A stretch of DNA of 54,119 nucleotides, from positions 1 through 54,119 of the forward strand of contig CASERH010000014.1 of assembly GCA_949290295.1 (NCBI GenBank). The letters run 5' to 3'. Under the pieces are notes generated by a model. The model was not told the DNA's origin and made no database searches. It saw nothing but the letters and a program-made list of their open reading frames with translations. Source of the stretch: an uncultured Pseudomonadota bacterium (GTDB lineage: Bacteria; Pseudomonadota; Alphaproteobacteria; RF32; CAG-239). This document shows positions 9,588-17,902 of this stretch, one piece after another. The position numbers and the translations under genes were made by a program. How positions within the stretch are numbered: the stretch's first letter is position 1; every line of letters begins with the position of its first letter.

Positions 9588-10605
9588 GTTCTAATCCTAT
9601 CAGTTGTTGGGCCTGCTTGGAGCTTTCCATATCAAAACCTCCTTTGGGGTTGTGCGTAAACAAAATTATCGGTAGTTTTATTTTGTTTGCCAGCTCCAGA
9701 CCTTTTTGCTTTCCCATGGCCATAATTGCCGTAGCATAGGCATCTGCCTCCATGCAAGTGGGGGCAAAAACCGTGACTGAGGCTAAATCGTTTTTTACCG
9801 GTTGTCCGGTTTGCGGCGAGATTGTGTGTGAGAATACTTTTCCCTCTTCTTCTATAAAATTTCGATAATCTCCTGAGGTGGCAACCGCGTAGTCTGAAAT
9901 CTCCAAGACCAAGGCATTGCCTTTATAGTGTTTTAGAGGAACGCCAATGCCGATATTCCAGAGGTTGCCCTCCTCGTCTCTTTTGCCTGATAAGCGCAGC
10001 TCTCCGCCAATTTCTACAATATAGTCCTTAAAGCCCAGATTATCCAGGCTTTCTGCAACCTTATCTACCGCGTAGCCTTTGGCTATGGCAGATAAATTTA
10101 GCGAAGTTCTGCCGTCTTTTTTGATAACATTTTTATAATCTTTTGAAAATTTGAGCTTTTTGAAATCACTATAGGCTTTGACGGCGGATAATTCTTGTTT
10201 GCTCGGGGCTCTAAATTCATGCCCCGGGCCAAATCCCCACAAGTCAATCAGCGGAGCAATGGCGGGGTCAAAAGCACCATTGCTTTCTTTGTTTATTCTT
10301 TTGGCTGTTTTTAGAACTTTTGATAAATCATCAGAGAGTGCAAAATCTTCTCCTGCCTTGGCTCTGTTTAGTCTGCTTATTTCCGAATCCTCTCTAAAAA
10401 CAGACATTTTGGCATCAACATCTTGCAGTATTTTTGCAACTTGCTCCGGCAGGCTTTTGTCTGCAACGGAAGTGCGAATCTTTATCTTGTAATAGGTATT
10501 AAAAGCTTTGCCGCCGAATTCCTGGTAGTCTGAAAAGGTGCTGCGCAGAAATACGGCCAGTGCCACCAACAGAAAGATTATTGAAATATATTTTAAAATA
10601 CGCAT
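9574..10605 (-). CDS. apbE: FAD:protein FMN transferase
   Basis: GAFDP, LSAIAKGYAVD, VEIGGE, ATSGDYRNF and ADAYAT. Confidence 0.93.
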   Translation of the reverse strand: MRILKYISIIFLLVALAVFLRSTFSDYQEFGGKAFNTYYKIKIRTSVADKSLPEQVAKILQDVDAKMSVFREDSEISRLNRAKAGEDFALSDDLSKVLKTAKRINKESNGAFDPAIAPLIDLWGFGPGHEFRAPSKQELSAVKAYSDFKKLKFSKDYKNVIKKDGRTSLNLSAIAKGYAVDKVAESLDNLGFKDYIVEIGGELRLSGKRDEEGNLWNIGIGVPLKHYKGNALVLEISDYAVATSGDYRNFIEEEGKVFSHTISPQTGQPVKNDLASVTVFAPTCMEADAYATAIMAMGKQKGLELANKIKLPIILFTHNPKGGFDMESSKQAQQLIGLEHGND

Positions 10606-10694
10606 ATTCTTCTTTATAAGTTGAAGTTAGTTCTTACATCTGATGAAAAATACGTTATGATACGTATAAAGTCAATCATAAGAGGGATTATAAT

Positions 10695-11372
10695 ATGCAA
10701 AACAAATTCGAATCAATCGTTAATCGTCTTCGCTCACAATATAATAAAACACATCTCTGTTCAGGTGTGGCTTGCTTTAGATCTTTTGTGGCTGACAGCG
10801 GCAGAAAACTGGCCAAAGCCGGTGTATCTGCCAATGTTATCAGCATTGCCGGTTTTATCATAGGTATGTTTGCCGTTAATTTCTTGGCTCTCAATATGTA
10901 TTTCTGGGCGCTTGTATGCATTCTTCTCAACCGTTGGTGTGATGCTTTGGACGGCGCTGTTGCAAAAATCAACGGCAAAACAGAATTTGGCGTGTTTCTG
11001 GATGCTTGTCTTGATTATATCTTCTATGCCGCGGTTATTTTCGGTTTTGCTTTGGCGCAGCCGCAAAATGCAACCTCGGCCGCTTTTTTGTTGTTTGGTT
11101 TTACGGCCTCGGCGGCGGCTATGCTTGCTTATGCCGTTGTAGCCTACGGGAAAGGCAAAGACTCCGATGAGATGTTGCAAGAATCTCCCTTCTATTTGGG
11201 CGGTTTGGCTCAGGGTGCCGAAACACTGGCCGCTTTGGTTATCTTATGTCTGGTGCCGGTCTGGTTTGTACCGATTGCTCTTATTTTGGGGTGTTGGTGC
11301 ATTGTTAAATCTTTGGTTGTTATCTCCACAGCATATTATGCCTTTGTTGTTGCTAAAAAAGGTTCTAAGTAA
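10695..11372 (+). CDS. CDP-alcohol phosphatidyltransferase family protein (YnjF-like)
   Basis: DALDGAVAK...GVFLDACLD motif; FYLGGLAQGAET. Confidence 0.85.
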   Translation: MQNKFESIVNRLRSQYNKTHLCSGVACFRSFVADSGRKLAKAGVSANVISIAGFIIGMFAVNFLALNMYFWALVCILLNRWCDALDGAVAKINGKTEFGVFLDACLDYIFYAAVIFGFALAQPQNATSAAFLLFGFTASAAAMLAYAVVAYGKGKDSDEMLQESPFYLGGLAQGAETLAALVILCLVPVWFVPIALILGCWCIVKSLVVISTAYYAFVVAKKGSK

Positions 11373-12967
11373 TGCCAAAATTAAAGTTCTCGGCTCTATT
11401 ATTGGTCTTTTCTCTTCTCTTTGCTGTTCCAAATTCTTTTGCTTTGGTGCAAGAGCAACTGACAGATAAGGTCAAAGTTAGTCTTTATACCCAGTATGAT
11501 GCAGTTAATCCAAGCCAAAATCTTGGTATCTTACTCAAATTCAAAATGACGCCGGGGTGGCATATCTTCAGCCAAAATCCCGGCGAAATCGGTATGCCGA
11601 CCAAGGTGGAGTGGAAGTTGCCTTTTGGCTACGAGGTCAGCGATCTTGGTTGGAGCCGTGATGAAGAATTTGAAAGTGATGGCATTGTTCAAAGAGGTTA
11701 TGGGGATACAGCCTATTATCAAGCTGTTATTCATCCGGAGACGACGACTTTGGAGCGCGCAGAACTTGAGGTCAAAATCAAGTGGCTTGCTTGCCGGGAT
11801 GAATGTGTGCCAGAGCAAAGAACTTTTGTTTTGAAACTTCCGGTGTCTTCCTTGGAGCAGTTGCCAACGGCTGATTGGAATACCCTGCTCAAAGAGGCAG
11901 AACCTTGGTTTCTGCCAGAGGCGGAAAAAGGTGAACAACTCAGTTTGCTGTTTGTTCTCTTGATGGCTTTTGTGGGCGGTATCATTATGAATGCCATGCC
12001 CTGCATATTTCCGATTTTGGCTATTAAAGCTATTGCGCTTTCTCAGACTTCTTATAATAAAAGAAAAAGCCGAATGGAGGCTTTGTTCTACACTATTGGT
12101 GTCGTTGTCTCCTTCCTGATAGCAGCAACCATTTTAATGTTGTTGAGGCAAAATGGTGAGAGTATTGGCTGGGGATTTCAATTGCAGTCTCCTTGGTTTG
12201 TGGCAGCCATGGCTATTTTGTTTTTGGTCATCGGATTGATGCTGTTTGATTTGATTTCTATTCCGAATCCTTTAGCAAACAAAGCCGGGCGGATGTCTTT
12301 CAAAAATCATCTGATAAACTCGTTCATGACAGGTTTTTTGGCTGTGTTGATTGCCAGTCCCTGCACTGCTCCCTTTATGGGAATCGCCATTGGTTATACC
12401 TTGAGCGCACCTGTTTATGCTTATTATCCAATCTTTTTGGCTCTTGGGCTTGGGTATGCCCTGCCCTTTGCTTTGGCGGGCTTGTTTCCTAAGGCTATTC
12501 ATAAGATTTTGCCCAAACCCGGAAAATGGATGGATATTTTGAAAAAAATCTTTGCCATACCTGTGTTCTTGACCTCTTTGTGGTTGGTTTGGATACTTTA
12601 TCACCAAATAAAGCCCGAACAAATTTCAGAGGTGAATTGGCGTCCCTATAATGCCGCTGAAGTATCTTCCCTGGTTGAAAACCAAAAGCCTGTGTTTATT
12701 GATTTTACTGCCAAGTGGTGCCTTACTTGTTTGATGAATAAGCGTTCGACGCTGGAAACATCTGATTTTGCCGCTCTAGCCTTAGAAAAAGGAATTGTCT
12801 TGTTTAGGGCTGATTGGACCAATAATGATCAGATGATTGCCAAGGCCTTGGAAAGTTATGGGCGCAACTCTATTCCGCTTTATGTTTACTATGATGGCAA
12901 AAGTTCCGACTATAAGATATTGCCGCAGATCTTAACACCGGGAATCACTCAAAAATATTTGAGATAG
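11372..12967 (+). CDS. dsbD: Protein-disulfide reductase, DsbD/ScsB family
   Basis: N-terminal ACRDECVP, NAMPCIFP, ASPCTAPF and thioredoxin-like DFTAKWCLTC. Confidence 0.88.
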   Translation: MPKLKFSALLLVFSLLFAVPNSFALVQEQLTDKVKVSLYTQYDAVNPSQNLGILLKFKMTPGWHIFSQNPGEIGMPTKVEWKLPFGYEVSDLGWSRDEEFESDGIVQRGYGDTAYYQAVIHPETTTLERAELEVKIKWLACRDECVPEQRTFVLKLPVSSLEQLPTADWNTLLKEAEPWFLPEAEKGEQLSLLFVLLMAFVGGIIMNAMPCIFPILAIKAIALSQTSYNKRKSRMEALFYTIGVVVSFLIAATILMLLRQNGESIGWGFQLQSPWFVAAMAILFLVIGLMLFDLISIPNPLANKAGRMSFKNHLINSFMTGFLAVLIASPCTAPFMGIAIGYTLSAPVYAYYPIFLALGLGYALPFALAGLFPKAIHKILPKPGKWMDILKKIFAIPVFLTSLWLVWILYHQIKPEQISEVNWRPYNAAEVSSLVENQKPVFIDFTAKWCLTCLMNKRSTLETSDFAALALEKGIVLFRADWTNNDQMIAKALESYGRNSIPLYVYYDGKSSDYKILPQILTPGITQKYLR

Positions 12968-13001
12968 AAAAAAGCCCCGCTTTCTAAAAGACGGGGCTTT
13001 T
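12968..13001. terminator. Bidirectional intrinsic terminator
   Basis: AAAAGCCCCG...CGGGGCTTTT between convergent genes. Confidence 0.8.
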
Positions 13002-13017
13002 AACTTGGTAGATATCT

Positions 13018-13788
13018 TTAGTTTCCGAAAATTCCAAAGCTTTTTACTTTGTCTTTGACGCCACCGACAACATTATCGAGGTTCTTCTTAGCGACGTTTT
13101 TCAGGTCACTTAGACCGCTTTTGACAACTGTTTGAGAAGCGGTTGAGAGTATTTTGTTTAATACTTTGGAGATGGAGGCGACAATACTTTCACCCTTGTC
13201 TTGTCCACCAATATCGGTGAGGACAATTTCTGGCAAGACAACGTCTATCGAGCTTTCTTCTCCGCCGACATTAGCCGCGGCTTTTAACTCCCCAGCCTTA
13301 ACCGTGAGTTTTTTAATGATGACTTTTTTGGCTGAAGCTGAGTTGTCTTTTTCTCCTTTTTCATCTTTGGCAGTTTGAGCTTTTTCTGCTGAGGCGGTGT
13401 TTTTGCTGATGTTGCTTTGGAGCTGTTTGATGTTGTTTTGGCTGATAGACAACATTTCATAGGTGATAACCGGTTTATCTACGGTGATATCTTCAATGAC
13501 GATTGTGTCACTCATCAGGCTTTTAACATCTAACTTAACCGAAATGCCGTTTAGAGAAAGCAAGTATGGATTTTTGTAGTTTTCGGGGTTTGCAACCGTC
13601 AAGCCTTTGATTGATGCGGTGCCGTCAAAGGGAGAGAGATTAAAGCCCTCAAGTTTGACTTCAGTACCGGTAACTTGTGAACCAAATTTATTAACAACAC
13701 CTTTAACAATAGACTCTAAAGACATCCAAGTAATTGCCACGGCAATAACGATTATTGCCAACAGGCTTAAGAAAATGCGCTTTTTCAT
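13018..13788 (-). CDS. AsmA/DUF748-like membrane-anchored protein
   Basis: N-terminal TM, then TGTEVKL and GLTVANPENY. Start at MKKRIF behind an AAGGAG RBS; the longer ORF-track start runs antisense through the tRNA. Confidence 0.75.
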   Translation of the reverse strand: MKKRIFLSLLAIIVIAVAITWMSLESIVKGVVNKFGSQVTGTEVKLEGFNLSPFDGTASIKGLTVANPENYKNPYLLSLNGISVKLDVKSLMSDTIVIEDITVDKPVITYEMLSISQNNIKQLQSNISKNTASAEKAQTAKDEKGEKDNSASAKKVIIKKLTVKAGELKAAANVGGEESSIDVVLPEIVLTDIGGQDKGESIVASISKVLNKILSTASQTVVKSGLSDLKNVAKKNLDNVVGGVKDKVKSFGIFGN

Positions 13789-13873
13789 ACTTATTTCTCC
13801 TTTGGTTAATACTATTTGCGAGTTTATATCATTTATATACTTTGGCAAGGTTATTTTTTTAGTAAAAAAGTTG

Positions 13874-13902
13874 TTGCAATTAAAAAAAATAGAGTCTATA
13901 TT
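13874..13902 (+). promoter_or_regulatory. Sigma70 promoter of tRNA-Lys
   Basis: TTGCAA-N17-TATATT, 18 nt before the tRNA. Confidence 0.7.
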
Positions 13903-13920
13903 CCCCACTGTTAAGATTAT

Positions 13921-13996
13921 GGGTGCGTAGCTCAGTTGGTAGAGCAACTGACTCTTAATCAGTGGGTCTGGGGTTCGAACCCCCACGCGCCTACCA
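13921..13996 (+). tRNA. tRNA-Lys(CTT)
   Basis: 76-nt cloverleaf; anticodon arm ACTGA-CTCTTAA-TCAGT; GGTTCGAAC T-loop; encoded CCA. Confidence 0.96.
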
Positions 13997-14060
13997 ATAA
14001 AGAAGGGTCTCCTTTATGGGGGCCTTTTTTTATTGGTTTAGGTAATGTCGGGTTTGAAGC
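13980..14060 (+). repeat. Direct repeat copy 1 (tRNA-Lys 3' end, terminator and flank)
   Basis: CCCCCACGCGCCTACCAATAAA is exactly repeated at 15234. GGTCTCCTTTATGG and TAATGTCGGGTT are also shared. Confidence 0.9.
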
Positions 14061-14228
14061 CCAGAGGCTGAGGTTCGACTACCACCCCAAAATGATTTGT
14101 ATCCATTATTTATTGATAAAGATGTGGTTGTTATATTTAATGTAATATATTTTAAAATTAATCTTCCCCAGATGATGGACAAATATCAAAAATCCTAATT
14201 TATATATGGCAAGATTTGTGGAATTATT

Positions 14229-14975
14229 TTATTCGCGGTCGTGGATATATCTTTCATAGGATTCGTCAAGCACAGAGTGAACTTGGAAAATTGATTCTAC
14301 ATAAGTTTCCACTACTGGGTTTATTCTTCTTTTATTTTTTACCATTTTACCCTTGTTGAAGTCAGGTTCTAGATAAAGTTGCTCTGCAGAGGGCATTATG
14401 TTTGCAGGCTCACAAAAGCTCTCTTTGGTTAGGCATGATATATTGATACTTGGTAACATCATTTCTTCTGTTTTCATCTCTAGGATACCCGCTTCTAGCG
14501 CATTGGTGAGTTCTAACCAAATATTCATTAAAATATTTTCTAGAATGTGTCTTTCATCTTCTGCTTTTATGCTAGAAGTATTGTTGATCAAACTGTAAAT
14601 GTATGCTCTATATGTAAAAATCCAAATTTTAGATGAGATATTTAAATAATCGTTAGAATTTTTAATCCCCACAGAATGAGGTGACAGACTCATAAGCATT
14701 TTGTCGCATATATCTGGATGTCTATTTGCAGTTTTTTTAAAATTGTATAAATCACATTCTTTTACGATATAGTACATATAGTTATGTATCTGGTGTAAAG
14801 TAATTAAAATATTTACTTTTTCACTGTTTGTCTTGCCTAATAAAAAATGAATTATCTTTTTAGCATCTTTAATATTAGCATCTAAGGAATTGGATGCTTG
14901 ATTATCTTGTTTGGAAGTTTTAGAAAACAATAGAAAAAATAAAATAACTATGCAAACAACTAAAAAACTTTCCAC
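14229..14975 (-). CDS. Hypothetical protein with N-terminal TM, AT-rich cargo of the tRNA-Lys islet
   Basis: 248-aa ORF, GTG start behind GAGGAAG, visibly AT-richer than the flanks. Confidence 0.75.
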   Translation of the reverse strand: MESFLVVCIVILFFLLFSKTSKQDNQASNSLDANIKDAKKIIHFLLGKTNSEKVNILITLHQIHNYMYYIVKECDLYNFKKTANRHPDICDKMLMSLSPHSVGIKNSNDYLNISSKIWIFTYRAYIYSLINNTSSIKAEDERHILENILMNIWLELTNALEAGILEMKTEEMMLPSINISCLTKESFCEPANIMPSAEQLYLEPDFNKGKMVKNKRRINPVVETYVESIFQVHSVLDESYERYIHDRE

Positions 14976-15233
14976 TTATTTCTTCCTCACATTGTTTTAT
15001 AGGTATTGTAGTGTCTGTGCATATATCTTTGTTTGGTATTTTGTAATCGTATGGTAGAATCATAATGGTTAAATTGTAAAAATCAAATAAAAATTTTAGA
15101 TAAATGGGTTACATAATATTGTTGAAAAATGTTATATGTTTTTTGTGCTATCATAGAGCTTGCTTGGCTCGCTAACAAACTGTCGCCTGTCGTTGAAAAA
15201 CAACCGGAGCAACGGTTGTTTTTCTTCCTCCAG

Positions 15234-15313
15234 CCCCCACGCGCCTACCAATAAAAAAGAGGTCTCCTTTATGGAGGCCTTTTTTGTTTGTTCAGCTAAT
15301 GTCGGGTTCGAAC
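15234..15313 (+). repeat. Direct repeat copy 2 (att-like copy of tRNA-Lys 3' end and terminator)
   Basis: 22-bp exact match to 13980-14001, with diverged similarity continuing for about 60 bp. Confidence 0.9.
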
Positions 15314-15367
15314 CAAGGTTCGTCTAGCTTGAACTTTCACGCCTCTGTATGGCGAGAGTTAAGCTGA

Positions 15368-15393
15368 GCCCCTTTAGTCAAAACTAAAGGGGC
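15368..15393. terminator. Terminator-like hairpin downstream of panD
   Basis: GCCCCTTTAGT-CAAA-ACTAAAGGGGC. Confidence 0.6.
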
Positions 15394-15400
15394 CTTTTCT

Positions 15401-15772
15401 CTAAGCGGCAATAATGTCTTTTTTCTCAACAACGTGGTTGTTGGCATCCATCTGGACAATGGTTGGTTTGTGTTTGGCCGCTTCTTCCTCACTCATATAG
15501 GCATAGGCAATGATTATTACCTTATCACCTATAGCGACTTTGCGCGCGGCGGCACCGTTTAGGCAGATATCTCCCTTGCCCGCCGGCCCCGGAATAACAT
15601 ATGTCGATAATCTTTCGCCATTGTTGATATCAACCACATCAACTTTTTGGTTCTCACGCAGGTTGGCTTTTTTCATTAAATCTGTGTCTATCGTGATTGA
15701 GCCGACATAATTCAAATTGGCATCTGTCACCGTGGCACGGTGAATCTTAGACAACATCATCTCTATTTGCAT
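15401..15772 (-). CDS. panD: Aspartate 1-decarboxylase
   Basis: [17 protein letters not shown] (Gly-Ser cleavage site) and CLNGAAAR. Confidence 0.97.
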   Translation of the reverse strand: MQIEMMLSKIHRATVTDANLNYVGSITIDTDLMKKANLRENQKVDVVDINNGERLSTYVIPGPAGKGDICLNGAAARKVAIGDKVIIIAYAYMSEEEAAKHKPTIVQMDANNHVVEKKDIIAA

Positions 15773-15820
15773 AGCTGCTTTCCCCCAAAGATTTGATGCT
15801 ATTATTCAATCACATTTTTC

Positions 15821-16948
15821 TTAATTTTGCAAGGGGTGAAGCGGAATTCTTACCTCAAAGGCACTATAGTGCCCATAGCGGGAGCGGATATGAACTTTGG
15901 CTTCCAACAAAACTGCTAAGCGTTTTACGATACTTAGCCCCAACCCTGCTCCGTTACTTCTGTTGTCTTTAATTTCTTTACTCTGATAAAACTCCTCAAA
16001 TATCAGCCTTTGCTCTTGCTCTTTTATGCCGCAGCCATCGTCTATAATCCGGATGCAGGCTTCATCCCCGTCCTTACGACAGCTGATTAATATCTTGTGT
16101 TTGGCATATTTTAGGGCGTTGCTAAACAGATTTCTGATAATTCTCTCCAGCAAAAAGCTATCCGTTTCAACCTCAAAATGCCCTACCCTGCAAATGACAT
16201 CTACTCCTCTGGCCGCTGCGGTTTGGTGATATTCCAAACAGAGTCTGCAAAAAATGGTACCAATATTAAAGCGCTGTACCTCCACTCTTATTCCACCTGA
16301 ATCCAGCTTGCTAATATCTAACAGATTATCTAACAGCGACTTCAGACCTGCTGCAGAGGCAGATATCTTTTGCACCAGTTTTTGCTGAGAAGTTTTTAAC
16401 TTTTCTTCTGATAAAGATTCAACGAACAACTGCAGTGCTTGCATGGGTTGGCGCAAATCATGGCTGGCTTGGGCCAAAAAATATGATTTGGCCTTGTTGG
16501 CATCTTCGGCTTTCTTTTTGGCTGCTTTTAGTTCCTCTTTAGCCTTAACCTCCTGTGTTATATCCTGAAATGTGCCCGCAATCTTTTTCTTGTTTCCGCT
16601 CATTACAAATCCGGCCCTAAAACGACAATAAGCCACTTCTCCGCTTGGGCGGTGCAGGCGAATCTTGCCGCCCACCAAACGGGCTCCGGAAAAGAGTTTT
16701 TTTATTTGCTGTTTATAAAAGGTAAAGTCTTCTGCAAAGATCCCTTCTCTTATTAAATTACGCTTGTGATTCTTGATAACTTTGGCATAACCAAAAATGC
16801 GATACATCTCCTTGGACCAATAAAACCTCTTGGTCTCAAGATCTAGCTCCCAATAGCCTAAGTGTGCCGTTTTTTCTGCAAATTCTCGTCTTTGGCGGCT
16901 TTGCTTTAATTCTTGCAGTGCTCGGGCAAGCTTTTCTTTATCTTCCAT
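15821..16948 (-). CDS. Cytoplasmic PAS-domain sensor histidine kinase
   Basis: PAS_3-like GYWELD...WSKEMYRIFG; H-box ASHDLRQP; NLFSNALKY; DDGCGI; GAGLGL. Confidence 0.92.
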   Translation of the reverse strand: MEDKEKLARALQELKQSRQRREFAEKTAHLGYWELDLETKRFYWSKEMYRIFGYAKVIKNHKRNLIREGIFAEDFTFYKQQIKKLFSGARLVGGKIRLHRPSGEVAYCRFRAGFVMSGNKKKIAGTFQDITQEVKAKEELKAAKKKAEDANKAKSYFLAQASHDLRQPMQALQLFVESLSEEKLKTSQQKLVQKISASAAGLKSLLDNLLDISKLDSGGIRVEVQRFNIGTIFCRLCLEYHQTAAARGVDVICRVGHFEVETDSFLLERIIRNLFSNALKYAKHKILISCRKDGDEACIRIIDDGCGIKEQEQRLIFEEFYQSKEIKDNRSNGAGLGLSIVKRLAVLLEAKVHIRSRYGHYSAFEVRIPLHPLQN

Positions 16949-16957
16949 GTCTGTTTG

Positions 16958-17902
16958 CTATATTGTTGTTAAAAACAACAGACTTCCCTGACCGGATGGT
17001 AATTTGAAATACCAGCCGTCATAGAATATCTGATTGTCTCTTATATATGCATTAACAGACTTTTTTGGTAGTGGGGTGGTTGATAAAGTTATCTTCAGCC
17101 AATAGTTTTCGTTATCTGAATACAGATGATATTCGGCTACAAGACCTTGAAATGTCGTGAATTTTATAATCTTTTGCTTGGAATATGCGGTCTCATCAAA
17201 ATTTTGTGCTGATAACACGTTTTCTGCCGTGACATAGGCCGCCGCATCTGTCAGGCCAAATGCCGATGATGATATCCCGTCTTCTCCAAAAAACGGTTGT
17301 ATTCTGTTTTCTCTTCTGACTATTTTGCCATCCGTTTCTATTTGTTCCACCATATCAGGCGGCAACTCCGATATGGGCTGCATGATCCATGAATAAAACT
17401 CTTTGGGCAAATTATATTTGCCATCTATCAGCCAAATCTCGTTTTTTCCTTGTGGTTTGGCAAAGTAGTAGCCCTCTTTTTCTGCCGCTTTGCCAATTAC
17501 AATGCTGTTTAGCAAGTTATCCTGCTGGTAGGTGGTGATTTGTATGCCTTTTTTATCAAGTTCTTTTTCTGTTAGCTGCTCTGCCGAGAATGGGATTTCT
17601 CCATAATAGGTTGAATTGTTAAAATCTGTCAGGAGGCGGTTGAGCAACTCTGTGTTGGCATAGTAGTAATCTGCCTCTCTAACCACCCAGTAGCCCCCTT
17701 CTTTTTGCAAAGTTATGTCTTTATCTGATGTGGTTAGCATAATCTTGTCTAGTTTGGTGCCATCCTTATAGGTGGCGGCAAAGACCAGCTCCCCGTTTGA
17801 CTGCTTGGGAAAGCGCCAGTCAGTTAACAATATGGCCACAACCAGCAAACCAACAGATAGGCTTGCCAGAATGATAGAGGCTTTCAACATACGCTTAAAC
17901 AT
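16958..17902 (-). CDS. DUF4340-like periplasmic protein of a Gld-type ABC operon
   Basis: N-terminal TM; position after a GldG-like gene; WVVREADYY and VIGK...YYFAK patterns. Confidence 0.65.
   Translation of the reverse strand: MFKRMLKASIILASLSVGLLVVAILLTDWRFPKQSNGELVFAATYKDGTKLDKIMLTTSDKDITLQKEGGYWVVREADYYYANTELLNRLLTDFNNSTYYGEIPFSAEQLTEKELDKKGIQITTYQQDNLLNSIVIGKAAEKEGYYFAKPQGKNEIWLIDGKYNLPKEFYSWIMQPISELPPDMVEQIETDGKIVRRENRIQPFFGEDGISSSAFGLTDAAAYVTAENVLSAQNFDETAYSKQKIIKFTTFQGLVAEYHLYSDNENYWLKITLSTTPLPKKSVNAYIRDNQIFYDGWYFKLPSGQGSLLFLTTI

Noticed and set aside
13789-14145. N-terminal extension of the AsmA-like ORF and ORF 13936..14145
   Set aside because: Both read through the tRNA-Lys gene.
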